The notes under the pieces were generated by a model. It ran no database searches. It was not told the origin of the DNA and worked only from the letters and a program-made list of their open reading frames with translations. From a bacterium (GTDB lineage Bacteria > Patescibacteriota > Dojkabacteria > SC72), in contig JAIOSB010000027.1 of assembly GCA_021107795.1 (NCBI GenBank), forward strand, positions 290-64,289: a stretch of 64,000 nt of DNA. The letters are read 5' to 3'. Positions within the stretch are counted from its first letter, which is position 1. The number at the start of each line of letters is the position of its first letter. This document shows, one piece after another, positions 49,911 to 59,991 of the stretch. The position numbers and the translations under genes were made by a program.

Positions 49911-50732
49911 ATGAAACAACATCCAATACCACAAAACGTGCTAGATGTTGAGTTTAAACTCTTCACTAGATTCACAATCAAGGAATTTGCATACCTAGCA
50001 GCAGGGATAGTTAGTGGGTCACTCTTCCTTGTCCTAAACAAACAACTAGGTCTCCCCAGCCTCATTGCATGGCCATCATTTCTCACTCTCTCAGCCATTG
50101 GAGCATTCTTCGCATTAGTACCAATCAACGACCAAGGAGCAGATGAATTTATAAAAAATTACTTCACTGCGATAAAGAAACCAACTCAACGAGTATGGCT
50201 AAATGAACAAATGCAAAGTCAAAGAGTAAAACCAATAGTGAAAACAGAAGACGAAGGCAAAGGAAAGATCGTAGGAGGTAAAATTACAAAGAAAGAAAAA
50301 ACCTTCATTGAAAAACCGGGAGATGATATCCTTCAAGTACAAACATCCCAAACCACTACTAAGCCAGAACCAACGATACAACCCTCCAATTCTTTACCAC
50401 AAACCATTGTCATCGGACCTCAAAATATTTCTCAATATCAATTCGGCATAAAAAGTGTAAATAGACTACCTGGAAATATGAATATTTGGTTGACAGATAC
50501 AAATGACCGAGGACTTGCAAACATTCCAGTATATCTCAAAGACCAAAATGGGAAAGTCATATTCGCTAATAGAACAGGACAGAATGGATACTTCATATTA
50601 AACAAAATCCTCCCACAGGGTATATACCACATACAATTTGATCAACATACATATAAAATTCCAAATATTCAGTGGATATTAGAAAATACACAAAGTAAAA
50701 ACCCAATTAAAATTACAGCGAAACTCGCATGA
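49911..50732 (+). CDS. PrgI-family (VirB3-like) membrane protein with C-terminal beta domain
   Basis: MKQHPIPQNVLDVEFKL..FTIKEFAYL, two TM helices, PTQRVW. Confidence 0.8.
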   Translation: MKQHPIPQNVLDVEFKLFTRFTIKEFAYLAAGIVSGSLFLVLNKQLGLPSLIAWPSFLTLSAIGAFFALVPINDQGADEFIKNYFTAIKKPTQRVWLNEQMQSQRVKPIVKTEDEGKGKIVGGKITKKEKTFIEKPGDDILQVQTSQTTTKPEPTIQPSNSLPQTIVIGPQNISQYQFGIKSVNRLPGNMNIWLTDTNDRGLANIPVYLKDQNGKVIFANRTGQNGYFILNKILPQGIYHIQFDQHTYKIPNIQWILENTQSKNPIKITAKLA

Positions 50733-51379
50733 ATACAAAAGATAGAGCAAGAGCAACAACCTCTACACAGAGTCACCTAGAGGTAAAAAACATTGTAGAT
50801 GATCTTGTCATCACAAAAAGTGGAAGTGTAGCACTAGTAGTACAAACAAATGCAATAAACTTCGACCTGTTAGCAGAGTACGAACAAGATAGTAAAATAT
50901 ACGCATTTGCGGGACTACTCAACTCCCTTAACTTCCATATACAAATCCTCATCCGAACACAACGAATAGATATCTCTAACTACATTGATCATCTTAAAAA
51001 TCAAAAACAAAAAAACATGTCTGAAGGTCTTAAAGATATGCTCACCACCTACACCCTTTTTGTACAAAACTTAATTGTAGAAAATAATGTTCTTGATAAA
51101 AACTTCTATCTTGTAATACCATACAATCCTGCAGCCATAATGCCAGATGCGAATATCTTTAGTGCAAAGAAAACAAAGGAAGAACAAGAGACACAAAAAG
51201 CCATGAAAAGAGACCACCTACTTGAAAAAGCTAAGATATTTCTTTACCCCAAGAGAGACCATATTATCAAACAACTAGGAAGAATGGGCCTAATGGGGCA
51301 CCAGTTAACAAACCAGGAACTCATAACTGAGTTCTACACAACATATAATCCAGGAGAGGAGGGAAACAGTGGAAGATAA
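50729..51379 (+). CDS. VirB4/TraC N-terminal-like accessory protein
   Basis: STQSHLEV..NFDLLAEYEQ..LLNSLNFHIQI..KNFYLVIPY; lies between PrgI and VirB4. Confidence 0.75.
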   Translation: MNTKDRARATTSTQSHLEVKNIVDDLVITKSGSVALVVQTNAINFDLLAEYEQDSKIYAFAGLLNSLNFHIQILIRTQRIDISNYIDHLKNQKQKNMSEGLKDMLTTYTLFVQNLIVENNVLDKNFYLVIPYNPAAIMPDANIFSAKKTKEEQETQKAMKRDHLLEKAKIFLYPKRDHIIKQLGRMGLMGHQLTNQELITEFYTTYNPGEEGNSGR

Positions 51380-53759
51380 AACATTACAAAACAAACAAAT
51401 TAATTCTCAAGTTACAGATAAAATTGGTAGTAACCCTCTAAATAAATATGCGGATATTGCAAACAAAGTCCAACAAGAGGTGAATACAGTACAGGAAAGC
51501 AAGATTAACAATATCCAAAAAGACAGATTTGAAGACACTGTAATCAAGAAAGACAAAAAAAGCAATATTATATCTAAAATGCTAGACAAATTTACTCCAA
51601 ATCCTAAAAAAACAAAACCTGACACAGAACCCTCCGTAGAAGCTCAATCCAGACCTACTGCCGACTTCTCTGGACTCTCACTAACAGATATTGTAGCTCC
51701 CCTTGACCTTGAAGTAGATTTCAATCATCTCCAGATGGGAGACTATTACTTCAAAACTTTCTTTATCAGTGGATATCCAAGATTTGTAGGTCCGAACTGG
51801 CTCTCACCTATAATCAATTTCGAACACTCTCTTCGTATTAGTACGTTTTACTACCCTGTAGACTCCAAGATTATAATGGAAAAACTAAAGAAAAAGATTG
51901 GGGAAATGGAAGCAACCCTTTACAGTCAGATGGAAGATAGAAAAGTAATTGATGCATCTCTCAAGGTAAAACTCTCTGATGCTCAACAACTTCAAGATTC
52001 AATAGCGGAAGGAAGTGAAAAGTTCTTCCATTTTGCAATGTATATAACAATATATGCTCCAAACAAGAAACTTCTAGAGAAATACTCCAGAAATATTACC
52101 TCTACACTTGCAGCTATGAATGTAACAGCCAAATCTGCAACTCTTCTTCAAGAACCCGGCTTTATCAGTACACAACCACTTGCATTAGACAAAATCCATA
52201 TCACTCGTAATATGGATACCACATCTTTAGCTACCACATTCCCATTTGTCTCCTCAGAACTCACTATGAACCACGGTATCATGTATGGTCTGAACTTGCA
52301 TAATAATAGTTTGGTAGTATTTGACAGATTCGAATTAGAGAATGCCAACACTGTAGTATTTGCTAAATCTGGAGCTGGTAAAAGTTACTTTGTAAAACTA
52401 GAAGCCGTAAGAAGCTTAATGATGGGTACAGAGATAATAATCATAGACCCAGAGCGTGAGTATGAAGACCTCTCTAAGGCCGTAGAAGGATCATACATAT
52501 CCTTCTCACAAGACAAAGGTCATAAGATGAACCCTTTTGAACTCTCCGGTATGGCAGACGAAGACGACGATGAACTCCGAATGAAGATGCTCTCTCTACT
52601 CGGATTCTTCAAAGTCATGTTTGAAGGCCTATCCAACGTTGAATCTTCAGTACTAGACAGAGCATTAATACTCACCTACAGAGAAAAAGGAATCACATTT
52701 GATCCAAGAACTCAAAAGAAAGATCCTCCTCTACTTGAAGACCTTTACAAAGTTCTTAAAGGCATGGCAGAAGACGAAGCTCATAACTTAGCTAGAAGAA
52801 TGGAAAAATACATCATAGGAAGTGGTGCAGGAATATTTAACGAAGCAAGTAACTTTGAGATAAGCAATCCATTTACCGTCTTTAGTGTAAGAGATCTCCA
52901 AGAAGAACTAAAACCCTTAGCAATGTATCTAATGCTTGACTTTATATGGACTAGAATTAGAAAAGTTCGAAAACGACGATTACTAATCGTAGATGAGGCT
53001 TGGTACATGATGGAAAGAGAAGACTCTGCAAAATTTATGTATGCTATGGCCAAACGAGCAAGAAAATACTATCTAGGCCTCACAACTATTACTCAAGATG
53101 TTGCAGACTTTACCAAAAACGAAATGGGTAAAGCCATCATTTCAAACTCCTCTATACAGATGCTAATGAAACAAAGCCCCTCTGCAGTAGAAACCCTACA
53201 AGCAGTATTTAATCTCTCTGATGGTGAAAGAAACTTCCTATTAAACTGTGATCGAGGACAAGGACTATTCTTTGCTGGCTCAAATCATGTAGGAATACAG
53301 GTTCTCTCTAGCCAAGCAGAGCACGAATTAATTACATCTGATCCTAGAGATATTGAGGCGAAAGAAAAAAGAATAGCACAAGGGATTAAAGATACACGAA
53401 CTAGGGAGGAACTTGCAAAGGTTTTTGCCCCACCATCCGCCCAACAACCCATGAGAGATGGAACTACAATTGCAAAACAGCTATCTATGATTGAAAGAGC
53501 TGCACAGAAAAGGAAGGATGATAAGGTGCAGATAGAGGGAGAACGAAGAAACTATGAAGAAGAAGTACGTAGGAAATTGGAAGAAAAAGATAGAGAACTC
53601 AATCCTGATAAATATACTCATCAGAAATCTTTCAACCAGATTATCGAAGAGAATACAATTCCTGGTCAAGTAGTACAAGCTCGAAAAGACACACAAAGAG
53701 GAAGGCAACATGTCACTCCTCAAGGATTGGTCGACTATAACAATAACGATGGGAAATAA
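51369..53759 (+). CDS. VirB4/TraG-like secretion ATPase
   Basis: FPFVSSEL, VFDRF, FAKSGAGKS (Walker A), IIDPERE, IVDEAW (Walker B), KRARKY, ITQDV. Confidence 0.92.
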   Translation: MEDKTLQNKQINSQVTDKIGSNPLNKYADIANKVQQEVNTVQESKINNIQKDRFEDTVIKKDKKSNIISKMLDKFTPNPKKTKPDTEPSVEAQSRPTADFSGLSLTDIVAPLDLEVDFNHLQMGDYYFKTFFISGYPRFVGPNWLSPIINFEHSLRISTFYYPVDSKIIMEKLKKKIGEMEATLYSQMEDRKVIDASLKVKLSDAQQLQDSIAEGSEKFFHFAMYITIYAPNKKLLEKYSRNITSTLAAMNVTAKSATLLQEPGFISTQPLALDKIHITRNMDTTSLATTFPFVSSELTMNHGIMYGLNLHNNSLVVFDRFELENANTVVFAKSGAGKSYFVKLEAVRSLMMGTEIIIIDPEREYEDLSKAVEGSYISFSQDKGHKMNPFELSGMADEDDDELRMKMLSLLGFFKVMFEGLSNVESSVLDRALILTYREKGITFDPRTQKKDPPLLEDLYKVLKGMAEDEAHNLARRMEKYIIGSGAGIFNEASNFEISNPFTVFSVRDLQEELKPLAMYLMLDFIWTRIRKVRKRRLLIVDEAWYMMEREDSAKFMYAMAKRARKYYLGLTTITQDVADFTKNEMGKAIISNSSIQMLMKQSPSAVETLQAVFNLSDGERNFLLNCDRGQGLFFAGSNHVGIQVLSSQAEHELITSDPRDIEAKEKRIAQGIKDTRTREELAKVFAPPSAQQPMRDGTTIAKQLSMIERAAQKRKDDKVQIEGERRNYEEEVRRKLEEKDRELNPDKYTHQKSFNQIIEENTIPGQVVQARKDTQRGRQHVTPQGLVDYNNNDGK

Positions 53760-53976
53760 TACAGACACTACAATAAATGAAAGTATCTATTTGGTCACAA
53801 AGAAATGTGATGTTAAACACCTATCTCAAGACAAACGTGGTAAAGATTTAGGTGCACTTAAAAAGGCAGAAGAAAGGTCAAAGAAGCGCATGGATATTAC
53901 ATTCGGAAAGAAAGACAACGAAACAACCAGAGCTATGAATGCTCTCAGTATAATGAATCCATTTAAAGGAGTTTAA
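53749..53976 (+). CDS. Small hypothetical protein
   Basis: ATG 53749 overlaps the VirB4 stop region; 75 aa; fills the gap to the convergent gene. Confidence 0.5.
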   Translation: MGNNTDTTINESIYLVTKKCDVKHLSQDKRGKDLGALKKAEERSKKRMDITFGKKDNETTRAMNALSIMNPFKGV

Positions 53977-55172
53977 CTCAAAGGCCCTTGGTCTGGTAAC
54001 ACAAAATCCCTCAAGTTCTCAGTTGTAATGACTACCGGTATTGGAGAACCGGTTACTAACTTCCTTGCTACTGTTCTAACCAAAGTATATATATTTCTTT
54101 CTAGTTGTCTAATACCTGCATCAAATCCCACTGGTCTAATTAATACTGGCCATACACTATCTTGTATTTGTAGATATTGTTCACTTAGCCCTGTCTCCTT
54201 AAGAATTTTTGGTAATATATAATTCCTTGCAATTACTCCCTTCTCTTCATCTGAGTAGCTAGAAAAACGAATAACTTCTACACGATCAAGGAGTGCAGCA
54301 GACAATCCTCCCAGATTGTTTGCAGTACATATAAAAAAAACATTGGATAGATCTACAGGATAATCTACATAGTGATCCACAAAGGATTTGTTTTGTTCTG
54401 GATCTAATATTTCAAGTAAAGCAGCCATCACATCATTAAGAAGACCCTCCTGTGCACTAGACTTCTCTATTTCATCTAGCAGTATGACAGGGTTCATACT
54501 TTGTGTTCTAACTAATGCTTTAATAATCTGTCCTGGCTCAGCTCCATCGGAATATCTTGGTACTCCTCTTAATGTTTTTACATCCCCTATTGCTCCAAGA
54601 GAGATTCTTGCAAATTTCCTACCCATAGCTTTAGCAATAGATGCTGCGATAGATGTTTTCCCTACTCCTTGCAGACCAACAAATAGAAGTACCGGAGACT
54701 TAATCATTGTATCTACCCTATTATCAGCTACCGCTGGGATATTATAAGCAGTAGGGAAATCCTTGTTCCTTAAAGTCACTGGTTCTGGTGCTTTTGTACC
54801 TATCCCTTTATTTTGTAACTGCATTACTGCAAGGTAATCAAGAATGATATTCTTAACAGTATTCATACCATGGTGGGTAGAATCCATTGCTTTCCTTGCA
54901 TTTTCAATATCATAATTGTCTGCAGACAGTTTTCCCCAAGGTATTTTTGTTATCCAATCCACATACTTATCTATTGTTTCAAATTCAGTACTATAATTCC
55001 CATACTTAGCCATACGAGAAAGTCTAGATATTGCTTTAAGGATATCCTCTTTGAAATCATAAGGTATATTTACACTATCTAGCTTTCTTTGTAATTCCTT
55101 TATCTCTGCCAGAAAATCATCCTGCACACTTTGTATAGGGTTTGGGGCATTGTTCATATATGATAATAACAT
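53973..55172 (-). CDS. Lon-like AAA+ ATPase lacking the S16 protease domain
   Basis: YVDWITKIPW, HHGMNTVK, GLQGVGKTS, PGQII, LLDEIEK, ALLEILDPEQN, ALLDR, GIRQLER. Ends just after the small AAA subdomain. Confidence 0.88.
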   Translation of the reverse strand: MLLSYMNNAPNPIQSVQDDFLAEIKELQRKLDSVNIPYDFKEDILKAISRLSRMAKYGNYSTEFETIDKYVDWITKIPWGKLSADNYDIENARKAMDSTHHGMNTVKNIILDYLAVMQLQNKGIGTKAPEPVTLRNKDFPTAYNIPAVADNRVDTMIKSPVLLFVGLQGVGKTSIAASIAKAMGRKFARISLGAIGDVKTLRGVPRYSDGAEPGQIIKALVRTQSMNPVILLDEIEKSSAQEGLLNDVMAALLEILDPEQNKSFVDHYVDYPVDLSNVFFICTANNLGGLSAALLDRVEVIRFSSYSDEEKGVIARNYILPKILKETGLSEQYLQIQDSVWPVLIRPVGFDAGIRQLERNIYTLVRTVARKLVTGSPIPVVITTENLRDFVLPDQGPLS

Positions 55173-55174
55173 AC

Positions 55175-56449
55175 TTAGAGAGTTCTTAGCACCCCCTGTT
55201 TAATAATCAGTACAACTCTATCTATATCCTCCTGAGTAGAATATACTCCTAAACTTACTCTCATTGTAGGTCCAACCCCAAATTTGTCATGTAAAGGTTG
55301 TGCACAATGAAAACCATCTCTAATACACACCCCTTGCGAAGAGATGAACTCTAAAATATCTTCCCCTCGAGTATTACTATCTATTTTAGACTCTTTACAT
55401 CCTGCAAAGGAAAAACCTTTAAGATTAAATGTAATAGCACCTACTCTTTCTCTACTTCCAAAAAGTTTAAACCATTCTATACCATCAAACTGTGATATAA
55501 AGCTTTCTACTAAATCTCTCTCATGATTAATTAATACATCATATCCTCCCATGTCCTTGACTGCTTCGCTAAGCCATGATATTGCTGTAGCTAGTGCAAT
55601 ACCATCTGCAATATCTGGTGTCCCTGCTTCAAATCTCCATGGTAATTCATTTAAATCAAAGTCCTTTTTACTAACCTCTCTTATCATCTCTCCACCTCCC
55701 ATATATGGTGGCAATTTCTCTAGTATTTCTTTTTTAATATAGATACATCCACTACCCGTTGGTCCATATGTTTTATGTCCAGAGAACACCAGTGCATCAC
55801 ACCCTAAATCTTTTACATCCATGGGTAATCTAGCAATACTTTGAGCTGCATCTATGAGTACAACTGCATTAGATTTATGAGCTAGTTTAGTAATTTCTTT
55901 TACATCATTTATTGTTCCCAACACATTAGATACATGGAGTATAGAAACAATCTTTATCCTTCCTTTCTTCTTGTTTATCAAAGATTTAAACCATTCTAAA
56001 TCTAGTTCATAGTTATCGGCAACAGGAATATATTCAATATTGAAACCTATTTCTTTCTGAAGCATCAACCATGGAACAATATTACTATGATGCTCCATCT
56101 CACTAAGTACAACAATATCTCCTTTCTCTAGATTATGTTTCGCGTATGTATTTACAAAGAGATTTATTCCTTCTGTACAATTTCTAGTAAATATGATTTC
56201 TTCATATGATGTAGCATTTAAAAACTCTGCTACAATCTTATGTGCCTCAATCCATTTTTCTGTGGCTCTTAAAGCTAGTACATGAGAACCTCTATGAATA
56301 TTCGAATTGTACTTGGTGTAGTATTCACTCAGGCAATCAATTACACATTGGGGCTTTTGGGTAGTAGCCGAACTATCTAGGTATACAATTTGTTTCCCAT
56401 TAATCTTTTGATTAAGTATAGGGAATTGTTTTTTAATATTATTTCTCAT
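55175..56449 (-). CDS. sufS: SufS-type cysteine desulfurase
   Basis: YLDSSATTQKP, EHHSNIVPW, DAAQS, SGHK (PLP Lys), EAGTP, RDGFHCAQPL. Confidence 0.92.
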   Translation of the reverse strand: MRNNIKKQFPILNQKINGKQIVYLDSSATTQKPQCVIDCLSEYYTKYNSNIHRGSHVLALRATEKWIEAHKIVAEFLNATSYEEIIFTRNCTEGINLFVNTYAKHNLEKGDIVVLSEMEHHSNIVPWLMLQKEIGFNIEYIPVADNYELDLEWFKSLINKKKGRIKIVSILHVSNVLGTINDVKEITKLAHKSNAVVLIDAAQSIARLPMDVKDLGCDALVFSGHKTYGPTGSGCIYIKKEILEKLPPYMGGGEMIREVSKKDFDLNELPWRFEAGTPDIADGIALATAISWLSEAVKDMGGYDVLINHERDLVESFISQFDGIEWFKLFGSRERVGAITFNLKGFSFAGCKESKIDSNTRGEDILEFISSQGVCIRDGFHCAQPLHDKFGVGPTMRVSLGVYSTQEDIDRVVLIIKQGVLRTL

Positions 56450-56479
56450 TCTTTTTAAAACTATCCTATCATTTCCAAA

Positions 56480-57820
56480 CTATTTCTTAAACAAAGGATC
56501 TTTCTGAAAGAAAAGTTTATTCCATTGATTAATATATTTAATATCTGAATTCTTTAAATTGAAAATATCCTTAATATCCAAATACATATTAAATTTGGTT
56601 AAGTGACTCAGGGGAAGAAGATATTTTGTAAACTCTTTTGACATTTCATCAGACATATATTCTTTTGACTTCTCTCTCCAATTCTTTATATCTACATATG
56701 TCTCAAGAAGATTCCTATTCATATCCCTTTGAAGCTCTGAGTATTTCTTAAGAGATTTTGGTAGTAAGTAGCACTGAGAGTTCTTTCTTTCAAGTTCTTT
56801 ATCAATATCTATGAAGTCTGAAAGAAGTGGTACATATATTGTGTAGTTTTGATCTAGTATTTCAAAAACATCTGTAAGTGGTAAATATCCAGAAAGACGA
56901 CTACCCTTCTGAAATCCTAAATATCCTATATCTCCTTTGTTAATTGTTTTTCCAATAGAGAGTTGATCTTCGTAATCAAATTCTAATTCTTCTTTACTAC
57001 CCAGAGGATTGATTAGCATTTCAAGATTTGTAAATACTTGTTCTACAATGTCTGTGATATATTCAAACTTAAAAGGTTCGGAATCATCTAAATCAAACTC
57101 CTGCTCTTTAGATACGCACTCTTCTAAATATTCTAATATCTTTATTGTAGTCACTCTTTGAGTGCAGTCTGGTATTACCTCAATATCAGTCTTAAGCAAT
57201 TTTTCTAACATATCACCTAGTTGATTATCTAGTACCATATCGCTACACAATAGAGTGTTAGCTAGTTCAATATTGGAGCTTAGGGAGAGGGAGATAGCTG
57301 CTCGATGTTGTATACCGAGTGGTAGGAGAGATTTAGCAAATTCTTTATATTGATTTCCCCTTTTCTTAGCCACTAACCAGTAATTCCTCATACTATTCAG
57401 TTGAATATTTTCATATTCCTTCCTAATCTCCCTGTTCTCACAAACTTCTGTGGGTATTCTGACAAAGTAGGAGCTATCTCTATTTATATATTTCCAATCT
57501 CTTAGTTTGAAAAATGAGCTTGAGGATAGGGAAGAGAGTTTGAGAAATGTATATATTGGGATATTGTCTACAATATATGTTCTGTTATTTATTTCATACA
57601 TATCATCAAGTGGAAATTCTTTCCAATCGTCAATCTCACAACTTTTGCATATATCAAGAATACTTGCTTTGCTACTAAGAGCTTGTTTAATGATGTAGTG
57701 AGTTCTGAGTTTAGAACTGTAATCTTCATTACTTAGTATTGAGAATATTCGTAGTCTATTCCAATATTCATCAGTTCTAATATCTTCTATATGAAGACCT
57801 TTTCTTTGTATTAATTTCAT
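56480..57820 (-). CDS. Degenerate two-domain ThyX-like protein
   Basis: Two ThyX-like signatures (EFAKSLLPLG, EFTKYLLPLS) and folD-glyA context. The RHRx7S catalytic motif was not found. Confidence 0.5.
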   Translation of the reverse strand: MKLIQRKGLHIEDIRTDEYWNRLRIFSILSNEDYSSKLRTHYIIKQALSSKASILDICKSCEIDDWKEFPLDDMYEINNRTYIVDNIPIYTFLKLSSLSSSSFFKLRDWKYINRDSSYFVRIPTEVCENREIRKEYENIQLNSMRNYWLVAKKRGNQYKEFAKSLLPLGIQHRAAISLSLSSNIELANTLLCSDMVLDNQLGDMLEKLLKTDIEVIPDCTQRVTTIKILEYLEECVSKEQEFDLDDSEPFKFEYITDIVEQVFTNLEMLINPLGSKEELEFDYEDQLSIGKTINKGDIGYLGFQKGSRLSGYLPLTDVFEILDQNYTIYVPLLSDFIDIDKELERKNSQCYLLPKSLKKYSELQRDMNRNLLETYVDIKNWREKSKEYMSDEMSKEFTKYLLPLSHLTKFNMYLDIKDIFNLKNSDIKYINQWNKLFFQKDPLFKK

Positions 57821-57830
57821 AGGTATTTCT

Positions 57831-59066
57831 TTAATTTATACCTGGAACTGGAAAGTCCTTTGTAAAATCTTTTACTTCTAATCTAATCTTTTTAATTAAA
57901 TCCTCATCGTGGGAATTTCTCAGTACACTATATATATATTGAGCTATCTTTTCCATATCTAATTCTTTCATTCCTCTGCTTGTAATTGCAGCTGTCCCTA
58001 TTCTCACTCCTGATGGATCCCATGGTTTTCTTAAGTCATTTGGTACTGCGTTTTTGTTTAGAGTAATATTTGCTTTTTCTAGAGTAAGGCTTGCTTCTTC
58101 TCCACTCATATTAACACTTTTGACAGTATCTACAAGCATTAGGTTATTATCAGTACCACCAGATACAATGGAGTAATTTCTTTTAGTTAACTCATCTGCT
58201 AATTTCTTAGCGTTAAGTACTACTTGTTTAGAATATTGTTTGAACTCATCAGTACTAGCCTCTTTGAGTGCGACTGCGATTGCAGCAATGGTATGGTTGT
58301 GTGGACCTCCTTGAGATCCTGGGAAGACAGCTTTGTCTATTACTTCTGCATACGCTTTGTTACACATAATCATGGCTCCTCTAGGACCTCTTAGTGTCTT
58401 GTGAGTAGTAGTAGTGATAATATCTACATATGGTACAGGAGATGGATAGTGTCCAGTTGCTACTAGTCCTGCAACATGTGCAATATCGGAAACGAGAATG
58501 GCATCCACTTCATCAGCTATCCTTCTAAACTCTTTCCAATCCACTACTCTCGAGTATGCAGAAAATCCACTCCATATTAATTTTGGTCTGTAATTGTGAG
58601 CTATCTTTCTTACTTCATCGTAGTCAATATATCCGTTATTATCTACACCGTAATTGACTGAATTAAAATATTTACCTGATACAGAGACTTTAAATCCATG
58701 ACTAAGATGCCCGCCAGCATCAAGTGACATACCCATTGTCCTATCACCTGGTTTAAGAAAGGCTAGGTGTACCGCAAAGTTCGCAGAAGAGCCAGAATAT
58801 GGTTGTACATTTACATGATCGACTTTGAAGAGTTTCTTTGCTCTATCAATTGCCAAGTTTTCTATCTGATCAATGTATACATTCCCTCCGTAATATCTTT
58901 TTGAAAGATATCCTTCCGAATATTTGTTTGTAAGAATTGAGCCCATTGCTTCCAATACAGGACGACTTACATAGTTCTCAGAAGCTATTAGTTCAATACT
59001 TTCTAATTGTCTTTTGCTTTCTTTCTGTATGAGATCATATATCTGGTTATCTGTGTCTTGTAACAT
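57831..59066 (-). CDS. glyA: Serine hydroxymethyltransferase
   Basis: ELIASENY, NKYSEGY..RYYGG, GGHLSHG, TTTHKTLRGPRG, SGGTDN. Confidence 0.98.
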   Translation of the reverse strand: MLQDTDNQIYDLIQKESKRQLESIELIASENYVSRPVLEAMGSILTNKYSEGYLSKRYYGGNVYIDQIENLAIDRAKKLFKVDHVNVQPYSGSSANFAVHLAFLKPGDRTMGMSLDAGGHLSHGFKVSVSGKYFNSVNYGVDNNGYIDYDEVRKIAHNYRPKLIWSGFSAYSRVVDWKEFRRIADEVDAILVSDIAHVAGLVATGHYPSPVPYVDIITTTTHKTLRGPRGAMIMCNKAYAEVIDKAVFPGSQGGPHNHTIAAIAVALKEASTDEFKQYSKQVVLNAKKLADELTKRNYSIVSGGTDNNLMLVDTVKSVNMSGEEASLTLEKANITLNKNAVPNDLRKPWDPSGVRIGTAAITSRGMKELDMEKIAQYIYSVLRNSHDEDLIKKIRLEVKDFTKDFPVPGIN

Positions 59067-59913
59067 TCTTCTTGTATGTTTGTACTAAATTAGAAAAGAG
59101 AGAAGCTATGGTCATTGGCCCTACTCCACCTGGTACAGGGGTAATGTATTCACACTTGTCTTTCACATCCTCAAAGTCAACATCTCCAACTAAATTCCCT
59201 TCGTAATCACGGTTTGTACCAATATCTATGATAATTGCACCTTCCTTTACAAATTCAGATGTAATATATTGTGGTTTACCAATGGCGACTGCTAGGATGT
59301 CTGCATTTCTACATATTTCTGTAAGATTCTCTGTCTTAGAATGCGCTATTGTCACCGTAGCATCTCTTTTAACAAACATTGCAGCTAATGGTAATCCTAC
59401 GACATTGCTTCTACCTAAAACCACAACATCTTTTCCGATGATTTCAATATCATATTCACGAAGTAGAGAAATGATACCTGTGGGTGTAGCAGAGCCCATT
59501 CCTGATCTTTCATTCCATACCCAACCAAGAGATGCGTATGTTAAACCGTCTACATCCTTAGATACATTTATACTCTCAAGTATTGATTTCGTATTGAAGG
59601 TTTTATATCCCCTAGGTAGTGGTAGCTGAACCATTATGCCATCTACTAGTGAGTCTTTATTTAGTTTCTCTATCAGTTCTATTATCTCTTTTTCCTCTAC
59701 ACTATGCTCGAACCTATTTACTACTACCTTTATTCCAAGTTCCTTACCCTTCTTTTCTTTCATGCTTACATACTCCTCACTTGCAACATCGTTACCTACA
59801 ATTATGATATCTAATCTAGGTATCCTATTACAGTTGTTAATCAGAGTAGAAACCTCATCCTTTATCCTTCCCGATATCTCTTCTGATGTTTTCTTTCCGT
59901 CTAATATTGTCAT
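59047..59913 (-). CDS. folD: Methylenetetrahydrofolate dehydrogenase/cyclohydrolase
   Basis: GIMVQLPLP, KDVDG, TPTG, GRSNVVGLP, TPVPGGVGPMT. Confidence 0.97.
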   Translation of the reverse strand: MTILDGKKTSEEISGRIKDEVSTLINNCNRIPRLDIIIVGNDVASEEYVSMKEKKGKELGIKVVVNRFEHSVEEKEIIELIEKLNKDSLVDGIMVQLPLPRGYKTFNTKSILESINVSKDVDGLTYASLGWVWNERSGMGSATPTGIISLLREYDIEIIGKDVVVLGRSNVVGLPLAAMFVKRDATVTIAHSKTENLTEICRNADILAVAIGKPQYITSEFVKEGAIIIDIGTNRDYEGNLVGDVDFEDVKDKCEYITPVPGGVGPMTIASLFSNLVQTYKKNVTRHR

Positions 59914-59991
59914 TTCTTTTACCCTTCTAAAATATTTACTCCTATATTTTACAGGATATTGACTCCCTTTGTTAATCTAGGAGTATCTCTA

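Noticed and set aside
49911-53759. Integrative conjugative element
   Set aside because: No relaxase, integrase or att sites seen. Composition matches the flanking core genes.
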